64,000 nucleotides of DNA from an uncultured Planctomycetota bacterium (GCA_963737655.1 CAVTTN010000002.1:4736001-4800000), one strand, 5' to 3'; counted from the stretch's first letter, positions 29,689 to 40,960 are shown. Made by a program: numbers and translations. Notes: a model not told the origin generated them from the letters alone.

Positions 29689-30347
29689 ACCGACCCATCC
29701 TCGCCGTCGCGTTCGACCTCGACGGCCTGATGTTCGACACCGAGGCCCTGTTCTTCCAGGTCGCCCGCGACATGCTCGCCGATCGGGGCAAGGTCTTCAC
29801 CCACGAGATCATGGCGGCGATGATCGGCCGGCAGGCGGTGATCGCCTATCCGGCCATGAAGGCGATGGCCGAGCTGGACGACTCGCCCGAGGACCTCCTG
29901 GCCGAGGCCCGCTCGCGGTTCTTCGCCCGGCTGGATTCGGCCGTCCACCCCACGCCCGGCCTGTTCGCTTTATTGGAGCACCTGGAGCGTCGAAACCTGC
30001 CCCGGGCCGTCTGCACGTCGTCTCGACGGCTGTATGCCGAAGGATTGCTCGAGCGGCACGGCCTCGCAAAGCATTTCCAATTCACACTTTGCGCCGAGGA
30101 CGTGACCAGGAGCAAGCCGGACCCGGAAATCTACCTCTCGGCGGCAAGTCGGTTCGGGATCGACCCCGCCTCGCTCATGGTCCTGGAGGACAGCCCGGCG
30201 GGCGTCGCCTCGGCCAGGGCGGCCGGGGCGTTCACGGTCGGGATTCCCCACGACCACAGCCCCAGCACCGGGCTGGAAGCGGCCGATCAAATCGTCCCCA
30301 GGCTGGACGACCCGGGATTGCTCGCCCGGATCGACGCTCAGGGATAA
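29685..30347 (+). CDS. HAD-IA family hydrolase
   Basis: AFDLDGLMFDTE, KPDPEIY, LEDSPAG; ATGA overlap. Confidence 0.9.
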   Translation: MNRPILAVAFDLDGLMFDTEALFFQVARDMLADRGKVFTHEIMAAMIGRQAVIAYPAMKAMAELDDSPEDLLAEARSRFFARLDSAVHPTPGLFALLEHLERRNLPRAVCTSSRRLYAEGLLERHGLAKHFQFTLCAEDVTRSKPDPEIYLSAASRFGIDPASLMVLEDSPAGVASARAAGAFTVGIPHDHSPSTGLEAADQIVPRLDDPGLLARIDAQG

Positions 30348-30799
30348 GCGTTGGGGTCGTCCACGGCCAGGACCTCGGCCGAGGCGGCGGCGTTGAGTTC
30401 GAGGTCGGCCGAGACGAAGGTCAGCGGCAGGCCCAACGCCACGCACTCCTCGAAAACGTCCAGGGCCGCCGCGAGCTGGATGGCGTCGGCCCCCCGCAGT
30501 CCGTGCTGCTCGGCGAGATCCTTCGCTTCGTCGATCAAGGGCCGGTTGAGGTCCGTGACGTGATACTCCGATCGCAAATCGTCACGAAAGGCCGCTCGGC
30601 TCGCGCGGGCATCGGCGGCCGGGATCGATCCGCCCCGCTCGCGGCGGGTGATCGCCGCGATGACCTCCACGATCGTGGTTCCGGCGACCCGAACCTCGTT
30701 CCCCGACAGGGGATCGGTCCGAGCAACGACCCATGAGCTTCCGGTCTCCGTGAGGTAACGCTTCACGAGTGCGCTGGAGTCGAAAAACGAGACCTCCAT
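30338..30799 (-). CDS. vapC: VapC/PIN domain toxin
   Basis: FFDSSALVKRYLTE, LRGADAIQLAAA, FVSADLEL. Confidence 0.9.
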   Translation of the reverse strand: MEVSFFDSSALVKRYLTETGSSWVVARTDPLSGNEVRVAGTTIVEVIAAITRRERGGSIPAADARASRAAFRDDLRSEYHVTDLNRPLIDEAKDLAEQHGLRGADAIQLAAALDVFEECVALGLPLTFVSADLELNAAASAEVLAVDDPNAYP

Positions 30800-31093
30800 T
30801 TATCTTCGGTCCTCGATCAAGGTTTCCGAGACCGGCCTGCCCGGAACGTGGACCAGATTCCGGGGCATCGAATGGCGATCGGGCGGGATGGGATCGGGCA
30901 GCCGGCTCATCGACCCCTTGGCGACGAGCCTCCGATTGAGCTCGTCCACCCTCGCCCGGAACTCGTCCGCATCTCTCGGCGGAGGCAGGGGTTCGGCGGG
31001 CGCGTCGAATCGTCGGCGGATCTCCAGACGGCCTTCGGGCGGAAGGGCGCGGATCGCGGCCCAGATTTCCTCAACGGTCGTCGCGGCGGACAC
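30800..31093 (-). CDS. putative antitoxin upstream of vapC
   Basis: Abuts vapC; C-terminal GRPVSETLIEDRR motif typical of such partners. Confidence 0.75.
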   Translation of the reverse strand: MSAATTVEEIWAAIRALPPEGRLEIRRRFDAPAEPLPPPRDADEFRARVDELNRRLVAKGSMSRLPDPIPPDRHSMPRNLVHVPGRPVSETLIEDRR

Positions 31094-31158
31094 GGTCTAG
31101 CCCTCCTCGTTTCGAGATCGGATGCGGCCGTTGGCGTTATCCTCGCCGCTCCATCGGA

Positions 31159-33636
31159 TCATCGCGACCCCTCGCCCCGATCTTCGCCCAGTTTCGCCCC
31201 CGAGAGCAAGGCCGAGCGGGCCACGACCGTCACCGAGCTCAACGACATGGCCGCCGCCGCCACCAGGGGCCCGAACCGGCCGAACAATCCCAGGGCCGCC
31301 ACGGGGATTCCCACGAGGTTGTAAGCAAACGCCCAGAACAGGTTCTGGCGAATCGCCGTGAGGGTCTTTCGGCCCAATCGCAGGGCCCGGGGGACGCTTC
31401 GGAGGTCGCCCGAGGCGATCACCACGTCCGCGGCGGCCTTGGCCACGTCCGTTCCCGTCCCCAGGGCGATCCCCACGTCGGCCGCCGCCAGCGCGGGGGC
31501 GTCATTCAGGCCGTCGCCGACCATCGCCACCCGCCCCCCTCGCTTCTGGAGGGCCGCGATCCGGTCGGCCTTGGCCTCGGGAAGGACTCCCGCCATCACC
31601 CGATCTTCCTTCAGTCCCAGAGATTGCGCCACGGCGAGCGCAGTCGCGAGGTTGTCGCCGGTCAGGAGGTGGACCTCGATCCCCTGCCTTTCCAGCGCCT
31701 CGACCGCGTCGCGGCTCGTCGGCTTGATCGCGTCGGAAAGGGCCACCGCACCGACGAGCCGGCCGTCCTCGGCGACCCGGAGGACGGTCGATCCGCCTCG
31801 CTCCCGGACCGCCGCCCATTCCGAGACCGGGCCCGCCTCGCCGACCCCCTCCTCGCGGAACAATGCCGCGGAACCGACCAGGACGCGATGGCCGCCGACC
31901 CGTGCCGACACGCCCCGCCCCCGGATCGCCCGGAATTCACTGGTCGCGAGGCCGTCGGCGAACGGTTCCAGGGCGCGGGCCAACGGATGCTCGCTGCCGG
32001 ATTCGGCCGCCGCGGCGATTTTCAAGACGCGGTCGCGGTCCTCGCCATCGGCGACGCAAACCCCAGCCACGCTGGGCTTTCCTTCGGTGACGGTCCCCGT
32101 CTTGTCGAGCACCACCGTCCTGATCCGGTCCATCCGTTCGAAGGCCGACGCATCCCGGATCAGGATCCCATCGCGGGCCCCCCGCCCGGTCGCCACGGCC
32201 ACGGCCATCGGAGTGGCCAGACCGAGGGCACACGGACAGGCGATGATCAGGACGGCCGTCGCATCCAGGACCGCCCGGCCCCAATCCCCGGTCGCAATCC
32301 CCCAGGCGACCAGGGTGACCAGGGCAATCAAAAGCACGGCCGGGACGAACCAGGAAGAAATCGTGTCGGCAAGCCTTTGAATGCCGGCCTTCGACCCCTG
32401 GGCCTCGCGGACCAGCCTCACGATCCCTTCCAAAGCGCTCTCGCTGCCCAATCGATCCGCCCGGATCAGGAGGGTCCCGTCTCCGTTGGCGGTCCCCCCG
32501 GTCACGCGGTCCCCTTCCCCCTTGCGGGCGGGCATGGACTCGCCTGTCAGCATGGATTCATCCACGCTAGAATCCCCCTCGACCACGATCCCATCGACGG
32601 GCATCGATTCCCCGGGCCGGACCCGGACCACGTCCCCCTTGCGGACCTCGGCCAGGGGGATTTCGGCCTCGCCTCGGTCGCGGACGACCCGGGCGGTCTT
32701 CGGCGCCAGGTCCATCAACCGCTCGATCGCCTCGCCGGCCACCCCCCGCGAGCGGGCTTCGAGGTACTTGCCCAGCGTGATCAGCGTCAGGATGACCCCG
32801 GCGTCGAGGAAGAAATGGGCCTGATGTCCCTGTCCTCTCAGCAGTTGCGCCAGGCTGTAACCGAACGCCGAGGTCGTCCCCAGAGCGATCAGGGTATCCA
32901 TGTTCGACGATCCCTGACGCAGGCGGGCGATCGCGCCCTTCAGGTAGGGACCTCCCAGGAAGACCTGAATCGGCAGCGCCAGGGCGAACATCACCCAGCC
33001 GATCCACGAGGCATGGCCGAAAACGCTCGGAGCCAGCATCGGGCCCAAACCCAGGATCGCCAGGGGCACGGTCAGGGCCACCCCGACGAGCAGACGAACC
33101 CTCCAATATCGCACCGATTCGGCCCGTTCACGACGAAGCGATTCCGAACCGTCCAGACCGGCACGTTTCGCGGTGTATCCGGCGCGAGCGACGGCCTCGG
33201 CGAGTGCGGTGAGGTCGGTCGTCGAGGGATCGACCACGACCCGGGCGCCCTCGGTCGCGAGGTTGACGCGGGCGTCGGTGACTCCGGGGACCGAGGCGAG
33301 CGCCGATTCCACCCGGCTCACGCAGCTTGCGCAATGCATCCCGCCGATTGAAAGGTCCCATTCTTCCGTCCTGGGCGGAGGAGCCGGCCGGAGAGGGCCG
33401 ATCTGGACGACATTCGGAGGGGAGGGTGCGGCGGCGACCGAGTAGCCGGCGGCCTCGACGGCCTGGCGGAGGCGGTCGGTCGGAACGTCTCCCTCGAAGG
33501 CGACTTCCGCCGATTTCCCGGGGAGATCGACGGTCGCCGAGGTCACGCCCGGGACGGCTTCCAGGGCCTGGCGGACCGAGCCGACGCAGTGGTTGCAGGT
33601 CATCCCGCCGATCGGCAGGGTCAAGGTTTTCGTCAT
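31159..33636 (-). CDS. copA: copper-translocating P1B-type ATPase
   Basis: Two HMA domains (GMTCNHC, GMHCASC), [29 protein letters not shown] and MxxSS. Confidence 0.95.
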   Translation of the reverse strand: MTKTLTLPIGGMTCNHCVGSVRQALEAVPGVTSATVDLPGKSAEVAFEGDVPTDRLRQAVEAAGYSVAAAPSPPNVVQIGPLRPAPPPRTEEWDLSIGGMHCASCVSRVESALASVPGVTDARVNLATEGARVVVDPSTTDLTALAEAVARAGYTAKRAGLDGSESLRRERAESVRYWRVRLLVGVALTVPLAILGLGPMLAPSVFGHASWIGWVMFALALPIQVFLGGPYLKGAIARLRQGSSNMDTLIALGTTSAFGYSLAQLLRGQGHQAHFFLDAGVILTLITLGKYLEARSRGVAGEAIERLMDLAPKTARVVRDRGEAEIPLAEVRKGDVVRVRPGESMPVDGIVVEGDSSVDESMLTGESMPARKGEGDRVTGGTANGDGTLLIRADRLGSESALEGIVRLVREAQGSKAGIQRLADTISSWFVPAVLLIALVTLVAWGIATGDWGRAVLDATAVLIIACPCALGLATPMAVAVATGRGARDGILIRDASAFERMDRIRTVVLDKTGTVTEGKPSVAGVCVADGEDRDRVLKIAAAAESGSEHPLARALEPFADGLATSEFRAIRGRGVSARVGGHRVLVGSAALFREEGVGEAGPVSEWAAVRERGGSTVLRVAEDGRLVGAVALSDAIKPTSRDAVEALERQGIEVHLLTGDNLATALAVAQSLGLKEDRVMAGVLPEAKADRIAALQKRGGRVAMVGDGLNDAPALAAADVGIALGTGTDVAKAAADVVIASGDLRSVPRALRLGRKTLTAIRQNLFWAFAYNLVGIPVAALGLFGRFGPLVAAAAMSLSSVTVVARSALLSGAKLGEDRGEGSR

Positions 33637-33833
33637 CGGTGGGTGCCTCCGCGATCCATTCTAGGGACGCGAGGAAACCCTTGCCGAGGCTCGGGATGGG
33701 TCGTATGTTAGGGGGCCGTCGTCCCCCCGAGCGGCCGGAGCCCTGCGGCGTCCTCGCGTCGCGAATCAGGCCGGCGGGTTTCGCCGGCCTTTCCCGATGG
33801 TGCATCGCCTGCACCCTAAATGGATCTTCCGCC

Positions 33834-34928
33834 ATGCTTTACATCGGCGCCGACGACGGGATTTATCGGTGGTTCCAGGGCACGCCCTGGCCGATCTTCC
33901 ATAGCCTCCAGGGCCGATCGATCGTCGGGCTCGCCTCGCCCGGAGCGGGGGTCCTGGTGGCGTTGGACGGCTCGGGGAAGCTCCTGGAGAGCCGGAACAA
34001 CGGGATCGAGTGGCGGACGATCCCGCTGCCCGAGGGCTCAGGCCGGCCGACGACGGTGGCCATCCTCGGCGCGGGGGAGGTCATCGTGGCCACGGCCCGG
34101 CCTCTCGGCCTGTTCCGCAGGCCCATCGGCCTGCCGACGGAAGTTGATACCCCCTCAGCCCTTGCGAGGGCCCGCAAGCTCGAAGAGCTGGTGATCGGCC
34201 GGGCGAAATCGCTAGCAGCGCGAGTGGCGAGGCGAGACGGCGGGACGGCGACCCTCGAACGCCCCGCAACCTCCGGCCGCATGTTTGGATGGACGCCGCT
34301 GGCCGTCCCTTCCGCCGACCTCGGCGCGGTCCCGCCCACGGTCCGCCTGCTCTCGACCGACGGTTCGAACCTCTACGCCTCGATTCCCGGCTCGGGCCTG
34401 TGGTCCAGCGGCGACCTGGGGGCGACCTGGACGAAGGTCGAGGGACTCCCGACGGAAGTCTACGCCGTCCGGTTCGCCCCGGCCGCAAAAACTATTGTGG
34501 CTGGGACTTCCGACGGCGTGAAGATCAGCGCCGACGGCGGCCAAACCTGGGAAGATCGCAGCATCGGCCTGGAAAAGGCCCGGGGAGTCCGGGCGGTGGA
34601 GATGAAGCCGGGAGACCCGAAAGTCCTGCTGGCCGGCGCCGCCCCGGCCGGGGCCGGCGAAGGCCCGGTGGCCGACCGTCGAGGGCTGGGGTTCGCCCTG
34701 TACGAGTCCAAGGACGCCGGCAAGACGTGGAAACACGTGACCCGAGGCTTCCCCGAAACCCTGGAATCCGACTCGATCGCCGATATTCGCTATCTCCCCG
34801 AAGACCCCAACTCCGCCGCAATTGCCCTCGCTTCCGGCGAGATGTGGAATACCCGGATCGACGGCGCCTGGTGGGAGCCGTTGGCCCGGCAAATCGAGGC
34901 GGCCCGGGTCCTTTGCGCAACCGGGTGA
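33834..34928 (+). CDS. BNR/Asp-box repeat beta-propeller protein
   Basis: S.D.G.TW repeats (SGDLGATW, SADGGQTW, SKDAGKTW). Confidence 0.75.
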   Translation: MLYIGADDGIYRWFQGTPWPIFHSLQGRSIVGLASPGAGVLVALDGSGKLLESRNNGIEWRTIPLPEGSGRPTTVAILGAGEVIVATARPLGLFRRPIGLPTEVDTPSALARARKLEELVIGRAKSLAARVARRDGGTATLERPATSGRMFGWTPLAVPSADLGAVPPTVRLLSTDGSNLYASIPGSGLWSSGDLGATWTKVEGLPTEVYAVRFAPAAKTIVAGTSDGVKISADGGQTWEDRSIGLEKARGVRAVEMKPGDPKVLLAGAAPAGAGEGPVADRRGLGFALYESKDAGKTWKHVTRGFPETLESDSIADIRYLPEDPNSAAIALASGEMWNTRIDGAWWEPLARQIEAARVLCATG

Positions 34929-34981
34929 ATCTGGGGAGGAGAACTCGGTGCCTAGCCTGCACCTCACGGGGGATCGATCCG

Positions 34982-35788
34982 ATGGACTGGCCCGAGCTGC
35001 CGATTTTCCGCCCCGACGATGGCGAACTCGAGGAACGCCCCGAGGAGCCGGAAGAGGACGGCGACGACATTCGTTCGGTTCTGATCACGGGCGCATGCGG
35101 CAATCTCGGGATGAAGCTCCGGGCGGCGTGGGCGGACGTGTATAGTCTGATCCTGATCGACTCGGCGGCCACGGACGACGATCCGGAGGTCTATGCCGCC
35201 GACCTCTCCCGGTGGGATGAGGAATGGGTGGCCCTCTTCGACGGGGTGGACACCGTCATCCATCTCGCCGCAACTCCCGACGAGTTCTCGACCTGGGATG
35301 CCCTGGTCGGTCCGAACATGGATGCCCTCTGCCACACGTTCCATGCCGCCGCCCTGAGCGGGGTCGAGCGGCTGATCTTCGCCAGCTCGAACCATGCGAT
35401 GGGCGGCTATCGGTCGATCGCCGACATGCCGATCACCGAGGACCTACCCCCCCGACCCGGCAATCCTTACGGCGCGGCCAAGCTGTTCGGCGAGAGGCTG
35501 GGCAAGAGCCTGGCGTCGGCCTTCGACCTGACGTTCGTGGCGCTGCGGCTGGGGTGGGTCCAGCACGACCAGAACCGGCCCGAGACCCTGCCCGACGACT
35601 GGTCTCGGACCCTGTGGCTGTCCAACGGCGATCTGGTCCGGCTCTTTGATGCCGCCGTGGAGGCGGAGCTCGACCCGGGCGATTTCGTGGTCGTCAATGG
35701 CCTGTCCCGCAACCGGGGCAGCCGATGGGACCTGGGCGAGGCCGCCGCCCGGCTGGGCTATCAGCCGAAAGACGACGCGTACGGCTGA
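34982..35788 (+). CDS. NAD-dependent epimerase/dehydratase (uronate dehydrogenase-like)
   Basis: LITGACGNLG, IHLAA, FASSNH, YGAAK. Confidence 0.85.
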   Translation: MDWPELPIFRPDDGELEERPEEPEEDGDDIRSVLITGACGNLGMKLRAAWADVYSLILIDSAATDDDPEVYAADLSRWDEEWVALFDGVDTVIHLAATPDEFSTWDALVGPNMDALCHTFHAAALSGVERLIFASSNHAMGGYRSIADMPITEDLPPRPGNPYGAAKLFGERLGKSLASAFDLTFVALRLGWVQHDQNRPETLPDDWSRTLWLSNGDLVRLFDAAVEAELDPGDFVVVNGLSRNRGSRWDLGEAAARLGYQPKDDAYG

Positions 35789-35821
35789 GCTCAATTTCGG
35801 GTCGAACCGAACACCGAGAGA

Positions 35822-36166
35822 TTACCGAGCCTTCCACAACCCGAGGATATTGCCGTCGGGATCGGCGAACCAGGCGAACGTCCCGGTCGGGATCTCGACG
35901 GGGGGGACCAGCGTCTTGCCCCCGATCGACTCGGCCTTCTGGAGGTAGGCGGCCGGATCATCCACGTCGATGTAAACCGTGACGTAGTGATGCGGTTCGT
36001 GGCCCAGGCTCGAGAAATGGCCCTGGATTCCGCTGGGGCTACCGGTCTGAATCAAGGACGCCGGTCCCGCTTGCTGGACCTCCCAGCCGAAGAGGTCCGC
36101 GAAGAATTGCGAGGTCCGGTCCTTATCCCGGCAGCCGATCTCGAAATGAACGACGGGACGGCCCAT
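35822..36166 (-). CDS. VOC/glyoxalase family protein
   Basis: VVHFEI, FFADLFGW, FAWFADPDGNILGLW. Confidence 0.9.
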   Translation of the reverse strand: MGRPVVHFEIGCRDKDRTSQFFADLFGWEVQQAGPASLIQTGSPSGIQGHFSSLGHEPHHYVTVYIDVDDPAAYLQKAESIGGKTLVPPVEIPTGTFAWFADPDGNILGLWKAR

Positions 36167-36347
36167 GAGTGGCTCTCCCTGACGAGAGTGACGCTGAACA
36201 CGCGACAACATCGGTCAAGACGGATCAAACGATCACCCAAACGGGCCAGATTCAGAGCCGTTCAGGAAGCGTATTGCGCATGGGAAGACCCGGGCCTGAG
36301 CGAGGCTCGGCCCGGGTCGATTTGACGAGGAGAGGTCGGGCCGAGGC

Positions 36348-36899
36348 TCAGAGGCCCGGGCCGTTGGGCATGTCGTTGCCCGGAGGCGGAGGGGCCGGGA
36401 CGTTCCCCGGGGGCGGAGGGTTGACCGCACCCGGAACGTTCACACCCCGAGGTGGGACGGGCGCGGCGTTCGGCACGGGTTCGTCTTCCATGAGACCGCC
36501 CTGGTTGACGTCTCCCACGGGGCCGCCGCCCTGGCCGCCTCGGAAGTTCATCTGGGTCGGGTCCAGGGCGCCTCCGGCCCTGGGAACCACGATCGGAGCC
36601 CCTCCCATCGCCCCAACTCCGGGGGCTCCGGGACCCACGCTTCCCGGGCCCATGTCCAGGCCCTGGGCCTGCATCCGGGCCCTCTGGGTGGCCGCCTGGG
36701 TGTTGGCCCAGGGGAAATCCGGTCCCGGCGGGAAATACTGGACGTCGTCGTGCAGATACTTGCCCGAAGGCAGCGTCATGCCCGCGTATTCCACCTGACA
36801 CCCGACCGTCGGCAAGATCGAGCCGACCGACAGGCCCGCCCAGAGCGCCATCCGCCGGACCCCGGCCCGGCGGGGCGATCCCTCGCGAGGCGACTGCAT
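36348..36899 (-). CDS. planctomycete-type lipoprotein with Pro/Gly-rich tail
   Basis: Lipobox-like TVGC followed by QVEYAGMTLPSGKYLHDDVQYFPPGPDFP; start uncertain. Confidence 0.7.
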   Translation of the reverse strand: MQSPREGSPRRAGVRRMALWAGLSVGSILPTVGCQVEYAGMTLPSGKYLHDDVQYFPPGPDFPWANTQAATQRARMQAQGLDMGPGSVGPGAPGVGAMGGAPIVVPRAGGALDPTQMNFRGGQGGGPVGDVNQGGLMEDEPVPNAAPVPPRGVNVPGAVNPPPPGNVPAPPPPGNDMPNGPGL

Positions 36900-37153
36900 C
36901 GTGAGTACCCTCCTTGGCTTCCTCTGCCCGGCCCGGCCCCAGCCGACCGCCCCCCGAGGGACGCCGGCGGCCGAATCCTGCGGTTAGGCATCCTGCCCAG
37001 CTTCTCTGAACCCCGCGATCGTCCGATCCCGGCGAGTTCCGGTCCTCGAACGGGCCGCGCGGTCGCTGGGATCGTGTCACAAACAGGGAATCGGACGATC
37101 GGGCCGGTCAAGCCCAGTCATTCCGGCGGATTTGTGACCGTCACGGCCACTCC

Positions 37154-38506
37154 TCAGAAGGAAACCTGCCCGCGGGCCCGCCGGTCTTCCAGCAACAGGG
37201 CCAGCCGACGCCCCAGCGCACGGCCCCAGACGGCCGTCCCCAGCGGCGAGAAATGGTGATCGTCGATCCGCGAGTTATAGAGAGGGTCGCCGGAGAACCC
37301 CGCCCCGGATCGGACCGATTCCAGGCGGAGCCGGAGGAACTCATCGACGAGGTCCTCGATGGGAAACACGTAATTCAGGCTGCTGACGCCCATGAGCCTC
37401 TCGATCGGCCCGGGGTAAACGTCCGACCCCCGGGCCCCGGTAACCTGATGGTCCACGGGGATGGGCGTTAAGATGCACAAGATATTGCGGGTCCGGCAAT
37501 ACTGGGCGATTTGGTCGAGCCAGAAACGCGCCTCGTCCCAGTCGGCCCGGCCTTCCAGGACGTCCGCCACGTCGCCGAAATCGTTCAGGCAGGGGCTGAC
37601 GACGACGAATTGCGGGCGGAACCGCTCGCCGTACTCGACCAGGCAGGCATAGTACTGCTCGGGGGAGTAGCCGAGGTGGCCGGTGTTGAGCATGGAGCAC
37701 CGAACCCTCAGCCTCTCCTGGAGATCGGCGCGAAGCGTCTCGGGAGGGCTCTGGTCGTCGGCGACGAACAGGCCCTGCATGTTCGAATCGCCGAGGACGA
37801 GCCCGCGAAGCGGGGCCGAGGGGTCGGGTTCCGGCCCTCGGCAGCCCCAGGAATTGGTGGTCTGGGCCGAACCCGGGACGACGAAAGCGCCTGTTCCAGG
37901 AAGGATTTGCGACAATTCCGGCCGGTCCGGGACGAGGAAGAAGCCGTCGAGTCCTCGGGGCAGGGCCACGCCCTTCAGCCAGACCGAGCGGACGTTGGGC
38001 CTCATCCGGTAGGAGCGGCCGGAGTCGTCGGCTTCAAACACCGAGCCCGGAAGGAGTAAGATCTTGTTGTAGTTGCCCCACCGGAGGACCGCCTCGCCCG
38101 GGGCCAGGCCGGCGAAGTCGATCAGCCGCCTCATCGCCGGGTCGGCCTCGGCGACGATCTCGCGATAGGTGGCGGTGGTCTGCGTGACCCCTCGTTCGCG
38201 CCGAAGTTTCCATTCCGCCATGACTTCCGCTCGATTAGGCTCCATGCCGAGGAGGTTGCGGGCGGTCGCTTGGGTCCGCGAAATGCCGCGACGGACGAGA
38301 TACCGGCCGGTGGGCATGGCCAGGACGATCCCGGCCACCGCCGCGAGGGTCGTCGCGACGATCCCCCGACGGAACGCCCGTTCGCGCCGTTCGGCCCTCT
38401 CCTCGAAGGCGAAACGGAGCTGCCAAGCCGGGCGGGCTCGGGATCGGAATCGGGGACGCCGGGGCATGGGGCGATCTCGCGGTCGCGGAGGGATGGGGCG
38501 GTTCAT
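37154..38506 (-). CDS. SGNH/GDSL hydrolase family membrane-anchored protein
   Basis: TNSWGCRG, LGDS, NTGHLGYS, LND, DDHHFSP; start uncertain. Confidence 0.8.
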   Translation of the reverse strand: MNRPIPPRPRDRPMPRRPRFRSRARPAWQLRFAFEERAERRERAFRRGIVATTLAAVAGIVLAMPTGRYLVRRGISRTQATARNLLGMEPNRAEVMAEWKLRRERGVTQTTATYREIVAEADPAMRRLIDFAGLAPGEAVLRWGNYNKILLLPGSVFEADDSGRSYRMRPNVRSVWLKGVALPRGLDGFFLVPDRPELSQILPGTGAFVVPGSAQTTNSWGCRGPEPDPSAPLRGLVLGDSNMQGLFVADDQSPPETLRADLQERLRVRCSMLNTGHLGYSPEQYYACLVEYGERFRPQFVVVSPCLNDFGDVADVLEGRADWDEARFWLDQIAQYCRTRNILCILTPIPVDHQVTGARGSDVYPGPIERLMGVSSLNYVFPIEDLVDEFLRLRLESVRSGAGFSGDPLYNSRIDDHHFSPLGTAVWGRALGRRLALLLEDRRARGQVSF

Positions 38507-39011
38507 TCTGACGAGGCGCCGGCCCGGTCCGCAAGCGGACGCGAGGACGGACCGAGGCCCCTCGGAGGGAATATCGCAAATCGTCCCGCCCGACGATCGC
38601 CCGATCCGTCGTCGGTGATTCGGCGGACCATCGCCGTCCGGACCGGCCAATTGTGTACCCTTCGGACGCGAACCGGCCTCCGAGGGGCCGTGTTACGATT
38701 GTCGTAAACGCCCTGGATACTACGAGTTGAAGTGCATTTTCGCTACGCGACAACATATCGTGCCACGTCTGTACGCACGACTGACTGCGCGCCCGAAAAC
38801 AGCTTAATTTGCAGCCTTTGGGTCCACTTTGCGGTGCAAAATGTTGTCAAGTTCGGCCGAAGTGTTGTCAACTTCCATGGATTCAGAAGTGACATGTTTA
38901 CCAAATGCAAGAATCTGTGTGCGTGATTTAATTTTTTAGGTTACAATATTTACATATCAAATACATTATATTTTTAATTCCTTAATGGGGTTCTCGGTGG
39001 GATGGCGCCCC

Positions 39012-39072
39012 CGTAGGGCAGGCCTTGGCCTGCCTAGACCCGCGTAGGCGGCAGGCCAAGGCCTGCCCTACG
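39012..39072. repeat. REP doublet GTAGGGCAGGCCTTGGCCTGCC
   Basis: Inverted pair 39012-39034 / 39050-39072; same family at 43590-43646. Confidence 0.85.
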
Positions 39073-39348
39073 AAGACCGTCGTTCGCCCTCCGTTCGTGA
39101 ACCGCTCCGGAGAGTCCTTGCTTCTCGTGGCCTTGCGTGGGAGAGGGGCTGGGGGGGTCGATGGAACTTTGGGTTGGAAGGGATGACAAAACAGAGTGGA
39201 ATATTTGGGCAAACTGGAGAAGACCTGGTCTTTCGTGGAACGAGGTTCCTTGCTCGAACCCCAAAACGCTTTTTAAAGAATCGGCGGTCGGATCAACGCT
39301 CTAGAATATTACTTAATTTAATCTAAGCGCACCCACGATTTCCCCGAA

Positions 39349-39837
39349 TCAGCCGCCGAGGGGGTGGAGGCGGGACAGGGCGAGGGTGACGGGCAAGTTG
39401 GCGAGCGCGTCGGCGATGGCCTGGACGATGGCTTCGGGCGATCCTCCGGGGTCGGGGCGGTGGACGATGGCGGAGGCGGCCTGGGCGAGCATCAGGTTGA
39501 TGGTGCCGAGCTTCTGGCCGGGGAGGGCGTCGCCCCCGCCGCGGAAGTCGCTGCGGACGACGACGATCGGCAGGCCCAGGGCATAAGCGACCCCGCATTC
39601 GAAGCAGGTGCCGCTGTCGGCGTCGGCGCCGTCGAGGATCGCGACGAGGGCATCGGCCGATCGGACCCCGTCGAGATCGACGCGGAAGACGGAGTCGGCC
39701 TGGAGGGTGGTCAGGGACTGGACCTCGTCCTGGGGGAGGAAGACCTCGTGCCCGAGCCTCCTCAGCGAGTCGGCCACCCGGCGGTTCCAGGCGCGTTCGG
39801 CCTGGGTGAACAGGGGGCCGGCGAAGTAGACGCGCAT
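39349..39837 (-). CDS. nucleoside 2-deoxyribosyltransferase family protein
   Basis: MRVYFAGPLF, FLPQ, DSGTCFECGVAYA, NLML. Confidence 0.88.
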   Translation of the reverse strand: MRVYFAGPLFTQAERAWNRRVADSLRRLGHEVFLPQDEVQSLTTLQADSVFRVDLDGVRSADALVAILDGADADSGTCFECGVAYALGLPIVVVRSDFRGGGDALPGQKLGTINLMLAQAASAIVHRPDPGGSPEAIVQAIADALANLPVTLALSRLHPLGG

Positions 39838-40132
39838 GGCGGGAGGATCCTCGACGATCTCGGGGCGGCGGATGCTTCCCGCCCAGTGTGCCGTGTGGGT
39901 GGGGATTTGGCCATCCCCCGGGGCGGGCGGCCGGGTCCCGCGGACGTGAGCTGGCCTCGCGATGCGCCGATCGGGGGGATCGTGGGGATTCTCGCAAGAG
40001 GGTCGGTCGCGATGGCCGATGGAGGGGGAGAGGAACGGTCCCGAAGGCGCCGAGGACGAGGCGTCGCGAGGTCCGGGCCGGGTCGGACCGGGCGGGACTC
40101 CGGCCGGCGGTCCCGAGGAAAAGGAGTTTCCG

Positions 40133-40960
40133 ATGCGTCGCGCGAATCCGCTGTACCTGGCTCTGGCCGGTCTGGCGTTGCTGGCCCCGTCGTCGGCCCT
40201 GGCGGGTCTGCCGGGCCTGGACTCGGAGTCGGGGGGCCTGCCCCGGGCCTCTCGGGCGAAGAAGAAGCACGTGCCGAGGCTCTGCCCGGTCTGCGCCGCG
40301 AAGTATGCCGCGCAGGGGATGCCGGTCACGGCCACCTCGCCGGTGATGGTCCAGGGATCGGCGAATTGCACGGCCTGCGCCGAGGCGGCGACGGCCTCGG
40401 CGACGGCCCCGGGCGCGATGCCGGCCCCGGTGGCCGCCCCGGCCGGCACGCCGTCGCTCACGCTGACGGCCGCCAATGACCCGACGCCGGGGTTCGCCAC
40501 CGTGGGCGACCCGGCGCCGGCCGCGATGGCGTCCCCCGGCGGGGCGCCGGGGATCGCCTATGTCGGCTCGGTGCCGGGAACGGCCGTCGTGGGCGGGACG
40601 GTGGTCTCGGCCGAGCCGGCGCCGATCGGTGTGGTCCGCACCAGCTACAAGGGCGTGGCGTCGCCCGGGGGCGGCCCGGCGCCCGGGGGCGCCGGCATGG
40701 CGGCCCCGAATCCCGGGGCGATGGGACCCGGCGGCGTCCCCTACGCCCGGATGGACGAGCTGCCCCCGTCGCTCTATGGAGGCTCTCCCGGCCGCCAGAA
40801 GCCGCACATCCTCGGCCACATCCTCGGCCTTCGCGGCCCGTGGATCCACGCCGCCGAGATGGAGGCCCGGGCCCGCGAGAACCACGCGGCCATCTCCTAC
40901 GGACCCGGCGGCGCGAGCTCCGCGACCGACCTCCCCGCCTCGGCCGTGTATGGCCGGTGA
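40133..40960 (+). CDS. secreted Pro/Ala/Gly-rich hypothetical protein with two CxxC
   Basis: AAGGAG RBS; signal peptide MRRANPLYLALAGLALLAPSSALA; CPVC, CTAC. Confidence 0.7.
   Translation: MRRANPLYLALAGLALLAPSSALAGLPGLDSESGGLPRASRAKKKHVPRLCPVCAAKYAAQGMPVTATSPVMVQGSANCTACAEAATASATAPGAMPAPVAAPAGTPSLTLTAANDPTPGFATVGDPAPAAMASPGGAPGIAYVGSVPGTAVVGGTVVSAEPAPIGVVRTSYKGVASPGGGPAPGGAGMAAPNPGAMGPGGVPYARMDELPPSLYGGSPGRQKPHILGHILGLRGPWIHAAEMEARARENHAAISYGPGGASSATDLPASAVYGR

Noticed and set aside
38690..39330. AT-rich region as oriC
   Set aside because: No recognisable TTATCCACA-type DnaA box cluster and no dnaA/dnaN nearby
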